In this document: in pieces, positions 10,909 through 23,150 of the stretch
Layout: each line of letters opens with the position of its first letter
How positions within the stretch are numbered: the first letter of the stretch is position 1
Source: Camelus dromedarius
Taxonomy: Eukaryota
Assembly (NCBI RefSeq): GCF_036321535.1
Contig: NC_087438.1
Coordinates: 2,606,001 to 2,670,000, forward strand
Reading direction: 5' to 3'
DNA: 64,000 nucleotides
Made by a program: the position numbers and the translations under genes
Notes under the pieces: model-generated
What the model was told of the DNA's origin: nothing
Seen by the model: the letters and a program-made list of their open reading frames with translations, nothing else
Databases searched by the model: none

Positions 10909-13674
10909 GCTGAAGAAGGCACCACGTCCTGAAGTTACTTTCTATCTTCCTCAAATAACTTACTGAAATTGTCAGCTTCTGTATCTGTACGTGCTATTTT
11001 GCGCATCTTAAAACTAGCGACCTATATGGTCTAGTTTTGCAAAAGAGTCGATAAGCATATTTCTGTGTTTTGAAGAATGAGAGAAAGAAGGAAGAGAAAA
11101 CCGGATTTTAGCAAAATCTAGATGAGAGTTGAAGTATGATTTCCACTAACTGTGCCAACAATTATTTTCATTTCCACTTTATTTCCCTTTGATTATCCTA
11201 CCTGCTACCAGAGACACGATAAACTTAAAATTAATTGTGAATATAAGTTTTCAAAATATTCTTTTTTTTCCTTTTGAGGATCGAGGGCTCCACGCCGGGG
11301 CAGGCGTTGGGAGCAGGATGTGGAGACATCCTGTTTCAATTATTGCAATTCTAGCTGCGATCAGGGATCTGAGGCTGAATTCCGTAGGGCTTTACTCCTC
11401 ACACACATAAGCCCCATCTGCTGGCTGAGCGTCGGTGGCGCGTTTGTCCACGCCGTCGCTGGGGCCAGGCTGGCGGGATCTGTCAGCAGCTCCACCACGT
11501 GGCTTCCCGTGTGACCCTGGGCCCAGGAGTCCTGCAGGCAGAGGCGGAGGAGCGAGATGGACAGCCGTGGGAGAGAGTCAAGACTGGCCCTCGGAGGAGC
11601 CTGCTGGCTACCCGGGTGCACACGTGGACGGTCACCATCCAGCTACGGGCCACAGCGAGTCAGGGGCTGGGTGGGGGGAGGTGGCCGTGCTGCTGTCCAG
11701 CCGCGCGCCTGGTGCGGAGGGAGGGGGTTCGGGGTGGGAGGCGGTCTTCTCCACATGCGTGTAACCCACCGCTCGGGGAGGTGACCAGGAGGTAGGACTC
11801 CTCCCACACGGGGAAGAACTGACCGCCAGGGGCCCCTGGGGCTCCGGGATGCGGGCGTTTTGCCTGATGTTCCCACAGATTTGACTTTCTCTGGAGCAGC
11901 CCGTGCTAGCGCCCTCCCTGTGAACTCCCTGATTCCCATCTTCCATCTAAACTTTCTTCTTCCTCCTCTCCTTCTTCCTGCCCTTTTTTAACTCTCCTGG
12001 ATCTGTAAGGCCCACAGATAACGTTTGTACAAGGTAATAAGTAAGTGTGTCAGGCCAGCAGGAGCCCCATGGCCCTTTCCTGGTTAGTCTTTGGCCAGAT
12101 TCCACGGGCAAAGGCACACAGCAGCTCGTCCCTCCCCCAGGACCACACTGGCGACCCTGGGTGCCCCAGGGCCCCATGAGATTCCCGTCCGACGTTCAGG
12201 GGAAAGAGCCAGACCCGCCCCGTCTCACAGCGGCAGAAACACCGCACCTGGCCAACGCGCCTGGTCAGCTCCAAACAGCCCGTGCCGTCTGGCCCTTTGC
12301 GGAGCACCCCTTCGGAGTCCCCCAAATTCTGCTTGCCAGAAGTCTGCCCTCCCCGTGCAAACCGCAACACCACATGGGCAAAGAAGAAAAGGTTTCATGT
12401 TCAAAAGTACAAATATTACACTATTGATTCAGAAAGGAAATGCACTGAAGGCAGACTCAAAGTGCAGCTGAAGTGACCCCCGGGAACAGCTTTGAGGCGG
12501 GGCTGGAGCGCGGCGGTGGAGCGAGAACAGATGGTGCTCTTCACGAAGCAGGGGTGGGGAGTTCGCATTTTTGGTCAGAGCAGCAGCAGGCTAACACCTG
12601 GACGAAGGATTTCCAAATGAAGATGTTGCAACTGGGTCTGTTGCCGAGAAGCAGGCACAGAGAGGAAAAAGGTAGCGGCCGCGGCGCCCTGTAAAGGGAT
12701 ACATGCGAGCCCCACACGGCTCCGCGAGGTGGAAAGAGCCCCAGGCCGCCCCGATCTCATCTGGTGACTGGAAGACAGATGGGGGAGAGGCCACTGGGGA
12801 GCAGCCGGGACGCCCCGTCCATTTTGATGCACCAAGTTCCTGTAGCTCTCAGGCACGTCCTGCTCTCCCTCTTGCATATTTAAACTTCCCGTGCTCATGG
12901 CAAGTCAACCGGCAAGTTTTCCTTCTTTTAAGTTGGAAAGATTCTTTGCCTTCACTCATCTGTCACTGCTGTCATCAGGACTCCGAGCATCTCACCTGCA
13001 GCTCTGGATGTGCTTACTCAGGCCTTTTATCCCAACCACGTCGAAATAGCTTGATACCGAGTGTAATTTGGCAAAGAAGAGCATCCCCGGGGGGGGTCTA
13101 GGAGACGCCTCCTCCATCTTTAACCCGGCTTCCAGAAAGAATTAGACCCAAATACTTCCACTTAGTGCCTTGGCTTCTCAGGTGACAGGATCACTTCTGG
13201 TATCCAAGCAGGACATCGTTGAGTACTTAGGAGGTGAACTGGAGAATCATCACGTGGCCACCAGAGTCCTGGGCGCTGTTGACCAGATGGTGACCAGATT
13301 GAAGCAATCTTTGAGGCTCTTGGTCAATGACTGAATTTCCTGTGCGTGTCCACTGCCTGTCAGCGGCCGGGACTCGTTCTGCAGCAGTGGCTTGGCAGGA
13401 GGGAACGTAGTGGAGGCTTTTCCGAGGCCCCCGTTTGGTTTGGTTTGGGTAAGGTGTGTGCAGTGTGTGCTGGCAAAGCCGGGCCCTGGTCGGGGTGGCC
13501 GCTTCTGTCTTGCTGGTGTGCACAGAACCCGTTCCCTAGGAAATAAGCAGCGGTGAGCAAAGCCTGGAGCAGCAGGCGTCCGCTCAGCTGTGTCCTGCGT
13601 GCCGAGAGGGAAGGGCTGAAGAGCAGGGCCCTTCAGCTGTGAGCAGGAAGCAGGGTCTTTCCATCCTCTCCCCA

Positions 13675-13701
13675 TCAGCCCTTGTCAGCCCTTGTCAGCC
13701 C
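13675..13701. repeat. 10-bp tandem repeat (TCAGCCCTTG) x about 2.7
   Basis: tcagcccttg tcagcccttg tcagccc read directly. Confidence 0.85.
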
Positions 13702-13989
13702 CCGCCCCAGGACCCTCCACCATCACGGAGGAAAGAAAAGACCTGGGGACCCCTGGCGCGCCTTCCGGGCCTCCCGGGCTTCCGCTGTGTGTGCAGGGAG
13801 ACACTCCTCAGCACCCTTTGGTCCACACCTAGGGGCTGGGAGCCCTGGTCTCCCACAAAACCTCAGGGATCAAGCCCTGATTATTTTAGCCATCAGCCCC
13901 AGAGTGGGAAAAAATACATTTTGCAATAAATAAAATAAAATGATTTAAAATACTAGGACTCAAAGTTTTCATCTCCAGCGCTGGCAAAT

Positions 13990-15100
13990 CCCAAGCTGCG
14001 ATCTACGCGGGGCTCTCAGGGGGACGTCTGTTTGACTCCGCGCCCTTCTGTCGGGGGGCTCTGCACCTGTCGCCCCTCACTTGCAGGCCCTCTCTGCCCT
14101 GGGGAGGGCCAGGCTGACGTGTGCGGCTCCGCCTGCTTCTGGAAGAGCAGGGACAGACAGCGAGCCTCCCGGAGGGTTCGGCTGCTTGTGAAGCGAAGAT
14201 GAACGATCCCGTCTCTGGACGCGCCCCGTGGAAGCAAGGGCGCCCTGGCTCCCAAGGGACGCTGTGAGGGTCCCGCTCTCAGCAGCACAGGCGGAGCCTA
14301 GAGCCGGCCCCAGGGTTCCACAGGGAGGAGGGCGTGGCCGCACTCGGCATCCAGAGACCTTCCAGGAAACACTCATCAGACCCAACTCAGTGGTGACTAC
14401 CATCCCCCAACACAAAGGGAGGAAGGCAAACGCGCAGAAAAACACAGGGTCACAGAGCCGCTCACTTTGCGCCCAAGGGGACCCCAGGGACCAGCCCGCC
14501 CAGGCGAGGAGGACGAGCAAGCTGCAGGGGGCGCGGCAAGATGAATCACCGCCCCGATGCAGATTTAGCGCGTTCGGTGAAAAGATAAATGTGTAAAAAG
14601 CTGTGTCAAAACCCGCGGTGCGGCCCACATGGCAATTCAGGGTCAGTAATTGAACCTCCCTCTAATTATCCTGGGGAGATAATATTAACTTACAGTCGAG
14701 CGTGCGCCGGCGAGCCCATAACTCACCGCCGGGCCGGCAGCTCATCGCATTGTGTTCTTGAAATATGACGGCTCCATTTTTATCCTGTCATAATGACAAC
14801 CGAGTGCTTATTTTCCTTCTCTGCGCCTCTAGGGGATGATGAAATAGTAAGCAAACACCCTTTCTGGGAAAGAGCAGCACTTTATCACGCCGGCTCCGGC
14901 TTCGCTGGAAAAAGCCCTTGCAAACCCTGGAACCATTTCCCTGAGCGCACGCAGCGCCCTGGCCCCTCCCCGCGTGGGGCGCGGCCGCGTGGCCAGCAGC
15001 CCCCTCTCTGCCCAAAAGCCTGACCCTTACTCGTTTCTCGGGCTCCTGAAGCACCCAGGCCTCTTTAATTTACTCGTCCGTCCTGCAGGGTGGAGCGTTT
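13990..15100. promoter_or_regulatory. CpG-rich region (orphan CpG-island-like) around a candidate conserved element
   Basis: High visible CpG density (gcgcgg, cccgcggtgcgg, cgagcgtgcgccggcg, gcggccgcg) interleaved with AT-rich TAATT/TGACA motifs at 14570-14860. CpG o/e not computed. Confidence 0.5.
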
Positions 15101-15445
15101 GGGAAGGAGCCGAGATTTATTAAAAACTTAACTGTCATTTTATTGCCATGTTTACCCATCAGGCTTCAGAAGTCAGCACCCCAGCACCTCCGCCAAGGGC
15201 TGTCACCGCGGCTCGGCCTTTAGATTTAGGATCCAAAGCGACTAAGTTTCATTTGCACCTTTTTTTGTTTCACTTACTCCCCTTGGTGGTATTTTACTTT
15301 CGTTTTCTTTGCAGATTTAGTATCTGCGTCCTAAGAAGAGTTCTTAATAAATGACAGACAAGTGCCATGTTAAAGGCACAAAGTTCTGTCAAACTCCAAT
15401 TAACAGCACTTTCCCGGGTTATTTGAAATGAAGCTACAGAGTGTA
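15060..15445. promoter_or_regulatory. Candidate conserved non-coding element
   Basis: Repeat-free, with TTTATT, TAAT/ATTA, TGTCA/TGACAG, forkhead-like TGTTTAC and ATTTGCA motifs, plus clustered inverted repeats. Confidence 0.45.
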
Positions 15446-17554
15446 TTTTAGTGAGTTGGAAAGAAGGGGGACCCAGTCTGGAACGCAGAAGAAGGGGTGA
15501 GAAGGGGCGTGGAGGAGTCAGAAGCCCCCTTCAAGGCATCGGGAAAGTGGGAGGGCAGCCACAGGGTCCCCGAGTGCTGACCCCCAAAGAGAAGTGTGGG
15601 GACGAGCTCAGCCCCTGTCAGGAGGCATGAGTGGGGGCGGGTGGAGGCTTTGTGATGGAGAGGCTGATGGGAGACAGACTGAGATGCAGGGAGAGGCGCT
15701 GGTAGCCGCTCCTCTCCCCAAAGCCCCTTACAACTGGGAAATGCCCGGAGATCTTCGTTCTCAGGGAGATGGTGGTAAATAAAGGCTTTTAGGAGCCCTC
15801 CGCCCCCCTGGGGAAGTTTGCCCACAGTTTGACAGTTTGCTATTTTAACTGAGAACAGAAAGCGAGTGCAGAATCCAAGATCTCAGGGAAAAGAGGAAGT
15901 TTGTCCAAAATCACCTCCCCTTGGTCTTTAAGCTGGAGGTGCCGGGGCGCGGCGGCTGCAGGCAGTGGCGTCTGTGCTGACGCTGGCCGGGCAGAAGCGG
16001 GACCCCTCCCCACACAGCCCTCTCTCCGTGGCACATTCGCTTCCATTGTTTGAGCTTAAGAAGAGGCTCCAAGAAAGCTTTTGATGAGAGGGGAAAACGT
16101 ATTTTCACACCTACAGCAGTGCCCTGGTTCCTGCCTTCCTGGTCCCAGCCAGGGGATTGCGCAGAACACGGGGTAGAGGGGGCTTTTTTTAGGTAATTCA
16201 CAGCCCAGACCGAGCCTGACACCGTCCATGTATTTAGAGTTACTGGGAAGGCAGAGCGAACACATTGCCTTATTAAAACCCACTTGGACCCTTGAAGGCA
16301 TCCATCAAATTTCAGGGTCATGGTAGTAAGAGTCTTCTCCTCTCAATTATTCTGATTCCCGGACGAGACACTCAGGAGGACATCACTCGTGCACAGCCCC
16401 CAGCGCGGGCTCTCAGCGGGGGAAGGGAAGGGCTTTCCATCTGTGTTTTGGGGGAGGTTTGTGGTCAGTCATCACCTCAGCATGGGAGTGAACACACAGA
16501 GCAAAGACTGGTTGCTGGAGGTAATAACTGCCCAGAGAGCCCGGCTTCCTTGTAGAAAACAGGTTAAAATGCTAGTATTTAGTAACACTGCCGACCGGCT
16601 CCAGTCAGCAGATCCAGCGTGGTGCCAAAGACGCTGGCCTTCCGCTGAAGGCGCTGAGGACTGGGGCTGGGGGATGAGGGGCATTAATAGTCGGTCCACA
16701 GCTGTCCCCAGGCCGCCGGACTTTGCTGAACATCTGAGGACCCACTCCAAGTGTCAACATGAGTGTCCGCATGCCGGGGGCGGTGGGGTGAACCTAAGCA
16801 AATCCACTCGCGCAAACGGCCGGTCCCGCTCAGAGCGGCCCCAGATCGTTCCCCAAAGACTCCTGGACTCAAAGTCTCTTTCACAGGTTCTTAAACATAA
16901 TTTTAAAACATTCATTTTCTTCAGCAATGCCTCAGGCAGCTGGGAAGACAAAACAGCACTTTAAAAAGACATTAGGTCCGTATTTACATGAAGGATCATG
17001 ACAGCCTGGAAAAGCATTACTTCCTGTAAAGTATTATATATTTTAAGGATCCTTATAATTTATGTTTCAAAATTTTCTTCCTACACGTTTGCAGTTTATA
17101 ATGGAAGTTTCCTGTGACATTTATAAAGGAACAGCTATGATCTGCTGGCTAAATGGTATGCAGTGTTCTATAAATTATAGTCTGCAATTTGCTCTAATGT
17201 TCAAGTATTTCTGTGAAAGAATTTTCTCCAAGAGAAACTGGAAGGAGACGTGTGGAGGTACACTCCGTTCTGACTGTGTTAATGGGGTGACGAGGACCTC
17301 ACTCTCCGAGTGCTCCAGGTTGCAGACGGGAGGGTATTTATTGGTGGTTTATTCTATTAAGCCTAGGCTTTTTTTTTTTATTTATACAGACTCGAGCCAA
17401 CAACTGTAGTCATCTTAATAGATCACATCAGGCAGTATTCTTCAAATTTTGTTCAGAATAATAATGGTTAACTTAAGTCTCATCCCTAACTCGCGTCCTA
17501 ACACTGCTTCCTTCAGCGAGCCCCCGGTTAGCTGAAGTCAGACCACTCGACTCA

Positions 17555-17760
17555 GGGGATTTCTCAGCTCTCGTGCAGCAAAATGTGACCATGTGACGAA
17601 GGTCTGGTGAGTCACATAAGTACAAGTGCTGTGTGGCAGTGTTGGGGGAACGCCCTTCACAAGAGGGGATGTATGCCCTTGGCGTCTCCTACCACTCACT
17701 TCCAGTGTGCCCCTGAAACTGGGATCTGACCATCAGAATGCCTCCTGGAACCTCTGGTGG
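17555..17760 (+). mobile_element. ERVL solo-LTR relic (LTR16-like)
   Basis: atttctcagctctcgtgcagc..tgtgaccatgtgacgaaggtctgg..ataagtacaagtgctgtgtgg resembles the recalled LTR16 core 'ttcccagcctcccttgcagctagg..gccatgtgactaagttctggcc'. Confidence 0.55.
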
Positions 17761-17804
17761 GCCCAGCCCAGGGCAAGGATGCTGTGAACTGTCAGCAACC
17801 AAAC

Positions 17805-18368
17805 CTACATATACACGGTGTCTTTGTCCAGTCCTCCGTGGATGGGTATGTAGGCTGTTTCCACATCCTGGCCATTGTGGATAACGCTGCAATGGACACA
17901 GGGGTGCAGATGTCTCTTTGAGATCCTTATTTAATTTCCTTTGGATATAGACCCAGAAGTGGGATTAGCCAGACCCAGAAAAGAAAACACTGCATGGCCT
18001 CACTTATAGGTGGAATCTAAAAATGTTCAATTCATAGAACCAGACAGTAGAACGACCGTTTCCAGGGGGCTGAGGGGGGAGAAGCGGGGAGATGTCGGCC
18101 AAAGGGCATGCAGGTTTAGTAATGCAAGATGAGTGAGTCGGGAGGTCTAACCCACAGCCTGGTGACTGTGGTCAGTGACACCATGCTGCGTACCTGAAAT
18201 CAGCTAAGAGATTAGCCCTCAGGTGTTCTTAGCCCACACAGAAAAAGCAATGATGCAAGGAGGTGGGAATGCCAACTAATTTGATGCAATAATCATTTTA
18301 TAATAAACATGTGTATCATAGCATCATGTGTACACCTTAGATACATACAGACAGTTTTTATTAAAAAT
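17805..18368 (+). mobile_element. L1MA-like 3' fragment with inverted 5' part
   Basis: 17805-17967 is antisense L1 ORF2-end sequence (ggctgtttccacatcctggccattgtg..gctgcaatg..cccagaagtgggatt). 17968-18368 is sense 3' UTR (ctcacttataggtggaatctaaaaa..gctaagaga..catcatgtgtacacctta). Confidence 0.85.
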
Positions 18369-18789
18369 CTCTTGTGTTCAAGCCTCATGTTACGAATTTC
18401 TATTACGCGAGTCAGCCTGACCCCAGTCCCTGTCACGCATTTGTTCCTGGTGCAGAACTTTCCCTTTTCTAGTCCTCCAGATGCGCCCGGCGTCTCTCCT
18501 CACTCTCTTGCCCCAAGTCCTGTCTCTGTCTCTCTCTCTTCTCTTCTTCATTCTCATCACCTCCCTCATAGTCCTTTCTCTCTCACAATCCTGAGACTTA
18601 ACCAGTAGTAGCCCTTGACATCCCTTGATTGCAAGAGTCCAAGAAGATGGTGGAATGGAAAACTTATTTAATGCAGCAAGTCTCTCCAAATTTACAGCCC
18701 TCTGACACATATGTAAACTTTCCTTTGAGTACTGTGCTCCTGAAGTTTGGTGTTGCTCTTTAGAAGAGATGCATTCAAAAGGAGACCCT

Positions 18790-20330
18790 GCGATTCAGAC
18801 TAGACTGCAAAGCTACATTTATCAAAATAGCATGTTACCGGCACAAAAACAGACACATAGGTCAACGGAACAGGATAGAAGGTCCATAAATAAACCCACC
18901 CACTTATGGTCAATTAATCAATGATGAAAGAGGCAAGAATATACAAAGGAGAAAAGACAGTCTCTTCAGTAAGTGGTTCTGGGAAACCTGGACAGCTGCC
19001 TGTAAAAGACAAACTAGAACACCATATACTAAAATAAAATCAAAGTGAATTAAAGACCTAAATGTAAGATCAGATACTATAAAACTCCTAAAGGAAAACA
19101 TAGGCAGAACGTTCTTGAACATAAATCACAGCAATATTTTTTGATTCCATCTTTTAAAATAAAGGAAATAAAAGCAAAGATAGACAAATGGGTCCTAACT
19201 AAACTTAAAAGCTTTTGCACAGCAAAGGAGACCATTGACAAAAAGAAATGACAATATACTGAATGGGTGAAAAAATTTCCAAATTATATGACCATTAGGG
19301 GGTTAATATCCAACATATATAAACAGCTAATACAACTCAACATCAAAACAGAAAAACAAACAACCTGATTTAAAAATGGGCAGCAGAAGTGAATAGACAT
19401 TTTTCCAAAGAGGAAATACAAATGGCCAACAAGCACAGGAAAAGATGCTCAATATCACTAACCATCAGAGAGATGTAAATCAGAAAGCACAATAAGACGT
19501 TCATTGTCTCACGTCTGTCAGAACGGCCATCGTCAAAAAGAACACAAATAGCAAATGTTGGTAGGATGTGGAGAAAAGAGAACCCTCTTACACTGTTGGT
19601 GGGAATGTAAATTGGTGCAGCCACTGTGGAAAACAGTAAGGAGGTTTTTGAAACTAAAAATAGAACTACTGTATGACCCAGCAATTCCACTCCAAGGTGC
19701 ATAGCTGAAAACAAACAAACAAACAAAAAAACTAATTAGAAAAATTTCTTGCATTCCCATGTTCATAGCAGCATTATTGTTATTTACAATTGCCAAGACA
19801 TGGAAACAACCTAAGCGTCCATCAACCAATGACTGGATAAAGCAGACATGGTATGTGTGTGTGTGTATATATATATAATGGAATCCTACTCAGCCATAAC
19901 AAAGGACGAAATTTTTGCCATTTGCATAAATGTGGGTGGATTTGGGGGGCATTATGCTCAGTGAAATAAGTGAGACAGAGAAAGACAAATACCGTATGAT
20001 ATCACTTATATGTGGAATCTAAAAACTACAACAAACTAGTGAATATAACAGAAAAGAAGCAGACTCACAGATGTGGAAAACAAACTACTCATGGCTACCC
20101 TTGTGGAGAGGGCAGTGGGGAGGGGCAGCATGGGGTAGGGGACTAAGAAGGACAAAGTATCAGGTGCAAAACAAGCTACAAGGATATATTGTACAGCACA
20201 GAGAGTACAGCCAATATTCTATAACACCTATAAATGGAGTATAACTTTAAAAAAGAACTATAAACCCCTATATTGTACACCTGTAACATAATTTTGTACA
20301 GCACCTATACTTCAATAAAATTTTTAAAAA
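18790..20330 (+). mobile_element. LINE-1, 5'-truncated (about 1.5 kb: decayed ORF2 3' part plus 3' UTR)
   Basis: Continuous L1 ORF2 hallmarks (ggcacaaaaacagacacatag, aaacttaaaagcttttgcacagcaaagga, cactgttggtgggaatgtaaattggtgcagccactgtggaaaacag, atgacccagcaattccactc) ending in tatacttcaataaaa. ORF disrupted. Confidence 0.95.
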
Positions 20331-22040
20331 GAGGTGGTTAGTAAATTAACCTAGACTTTAAAAAAAAATGGACAGCAAAACCCCAGTCCCTGGACTTAAA
20401 GAACCTGGGCACCCAGGCTGTTGACCGTGACGTGTCACCTATGACCTGGACAGGGCTTCAGGAAGCAGTTACAGTCCCCCCACCCCCAGCTCCTGACTGT
20501 ACTGAGCAGAACAGCCCACACGTATGGAATAAGGCACCCGCAACCCCACCACCTGGAATATGCATGTCACACTCACGTTCCAAAATGCTTGTGTCCTCCT
20601 AGAAGCGCTCTAAAACGGACGGTTTTCTTCTCGTGTGTCTCCCACTGATGGGCACTCAGAAGGGGGACTGGCCGTGGGTCACTGGGTGTCTGTGCTCTGC
20701 TTCTGATTTATTGGCAAATGTTGTTTGAACAAGAAATAGAGAGGTGTGCACCCCTGAATCTGTATGTTTGTTGATAGTTGTACACAATTTCTACATCTGT
20801 TTTCTATTCTTCCACAACCAACATTTTAGCAGAGCTCTCATCTGTAAAATCCAAGAAAAAACTCACACATTCGTGGGCAGGACCAGGAGCGGAGGGCCCG
20901 ACCGAGGCTCCATGAGGATGGCGGCTGGCTCTCCTCCGCCGCTGTGTCTACAGCTCCAAGCCTCTAGGGTGCAGAGTGGGTTCCCAAGAGACCTCTGTTC
21001 AGTGAACTGATACCTGGATGGATGAAACAGTCCCACCAGCCTGACGGCTTTATCATACATTAGACAGTAGTGAAAAAGACAAAATTCAGATGAACTGGAT
21101 TGATTCGGCCTCGATCAGAGCTGACTTACTGATGTCTCAGTACCTAAATGATAAAAGTCGTTTTCAAACACAAACAGAACTGGAAGCAGAATTAGGCACC
21201 TAACTGGATTCACAATTGCCACTGGATTCTGGAAACTCTCAGGGGTGGAGACAGAAGTCACTTTGTTATAAATTCAAAAAACAGAAGTTCTTCTACCGTG
21301 AACGTCGCGCCTGGCGCATCAGTGGATTCAGATGTAGAACTATTCCTTCTTACCTTTTTTTTTTCTTGCCAAATTTTGAGAAAATAGTTAGCTAAAAATT
21401 GCTGTGATTATTTTAAAACCAGAATGAAACTAGTATATGACCTGACAATTCAGGGGAGAGAATATAGCAACAAATTTGACATGTAACAATTACAAATAGA
21501 CAGTTTTCCATTAAAAATAATTCTATCAACACATAGCAATACGTTGTACGTCAATTACGTGGTCCACTAAGATTTTCTCAAAGGTAGGAATCTCAGATGC
21601 CATGACTATCTCAAAATCAGTTAGAAAAATAAAACACAAATATGAAGTGAAGAGGCAATGAGCTATGTTTGCAGTGTTTACAGAAATCCAACTCCTGAAG
21701 GATGACCCAGCCGCTCAGTGCAAAGCAGTCTTGAAGAGGTCATAGGTTACACAGAGGAGAAGTAGCTGTGGTCTTTGCTTTTGTTTCATGTTCTGTTGAG
21801 TAGGGAGAGGAAACTTGAAGATGAATTTTAAAGAGAAATGCTTGGTGCCAACAGAAATTTACCGATAAACTGTTCAGAGGATTTGACGAGTACGGTTGAG
21901 ATTGTCAGGATTCTCATAAGCAGACGCTGGGGTAACGGCAAAATTAGAACCTTAGTCAGTCCTGAAAGGATGTGAATGATTTAGACACAGACACGAGGGG
22001 CTGGGGAGGATTATAAAAAAAGACGCAGGCACTGCTGACC

Positions 22041-22260
22041 GTCATCTTAGGCTGGTCCTCCAGAAGCCGGATGAGAGGCAAGAGTCTGGGAGGTGGTCCC
22101 AGGATGAACCAGTCAGGAAGCGTGGAAGGGAGGAAGAAGGGGATGTTAACCAGCAGAGGTTCACGGGTGCATCACTGGGAGCCCTGGGGATCCAGGCTCC
22201 AGGCGGGTCCCCAGGGAGAGAAGCTGGGGTCTCCCCTCCCACCCCCTCCGTCCTGGGATG
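22041..22260. mobile_element. Old ERVL-class solo-LTR relic
   Basis: tcttaggctggtcctccagaagc..gagaggcaagagt..tgggaggtggtcccagga resembles the recalled terminus of LTR33/LTR16-type elements. Subfamily and strand unsure. Confidence 0.45.
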
Positions 22261-22684
22261 AGCGCTGCACCTGGCTCCCGGGAGCTAGTGACACTGCCCG
22301 TCCAGCTTCCCTGGGACACAGACAGGGAAAGCCCTCGGGCAGACTGCGCCCGAGGTGGGAACAGACTTCACCGTGGAGACCAGCTGGTGCCGAGGGCTGA
22401 CAAGCAGGACATCCTTGGGGCCGGCGATGGTCATGAACAGAAACAAAATCCAATACTTTTGGAAGGCTTACTTTTTGAAAACATAGGAAAACAACTTTTA
22501 AAAAATGAAGGGAATTTTTCATTGTTGTGTTTTAATGAAGACGCGTACTTCTGAGGATGGCCACATTTTCAGTCTTTATGGATTGCCTAAAACAGATTCC
22601 ATGGGATCAGAATATAATGGCATAAAAAATTTCACCTAAATCTGACAGAAATTTACAGACTCTGAACCCTTTACATCATAGACA

Positions 22685-22895
22685 GCATAGAATGTAAAAG
22701 TTACCAGGTTTGGAAAAACTCAGGGGGCCATGACCCATCATCAGAAGGGAAAAAAAAATCGACAGCACACCCACAGAAGACAGAGGCGCTGGGGGAGCCG
22801 TCGTTCTCAGGCTGCGGCGCTCACGGGGAGGAGGTAGGCAGCACTGGCAAGCAGAGAAGAAATCCTAGGAGAGAAATGCAAACTGTTTTGGCAAA
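22685..22895 (+). mobile_element. Ancient L1M 5'-region (near ORF1 start) relic
   Basis: aaaagttaccagg..aaaaactcagg..atgacccatcatcagaagggaaaaaa..cagcacacccacagaagacagaggcgctgg resembles recalled L1M 5' sequence 'aattaca..caggaaaatgtgacccata..agacccagaaatgacacagatgttgg'. Confidence 0.45.
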
Positions 22896-23029
22896 AAGTA
22901 AAACACTTTATGGTGACCTAGAAATCCCCATTTGGCAACTCAGAATTAGCCATTCATTTTCCCAGAGACGTGGAGCCTGAGGCCACCCTGTGCAGAAGAT
23001 TACTCGGGACCGTGGGACGTGGGGCTGTC

Positions 23030-23150
23030 GGACAGTTCACATTCTGATGGGAAGACATCTAACATATAAGTGTGTAAATGTGAAGCACAGTGTCAGGCAG
23101 TAACTGCATGCGCCGTAGGGAAAATAGACAGGGTGACGGGGCAGAGGCCG
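23030..23150 (-). mobile_element. LINE-2 fragment
   Basis: agttcacattctgatgggaagaca..tgtcaggcagtaac..gggaaaatagacagggtga resembles the antisense L2 3' region. Confidence 0.55.

Noticed and set aside
20750..21900. Additional very old L1/L2/MIR relics (also about 29900-30240, 36000-36060, 51040-52000, 62620-62680)
   Set aside because: Only scattered short similarities; family and boundaries cannot be supported by eye.
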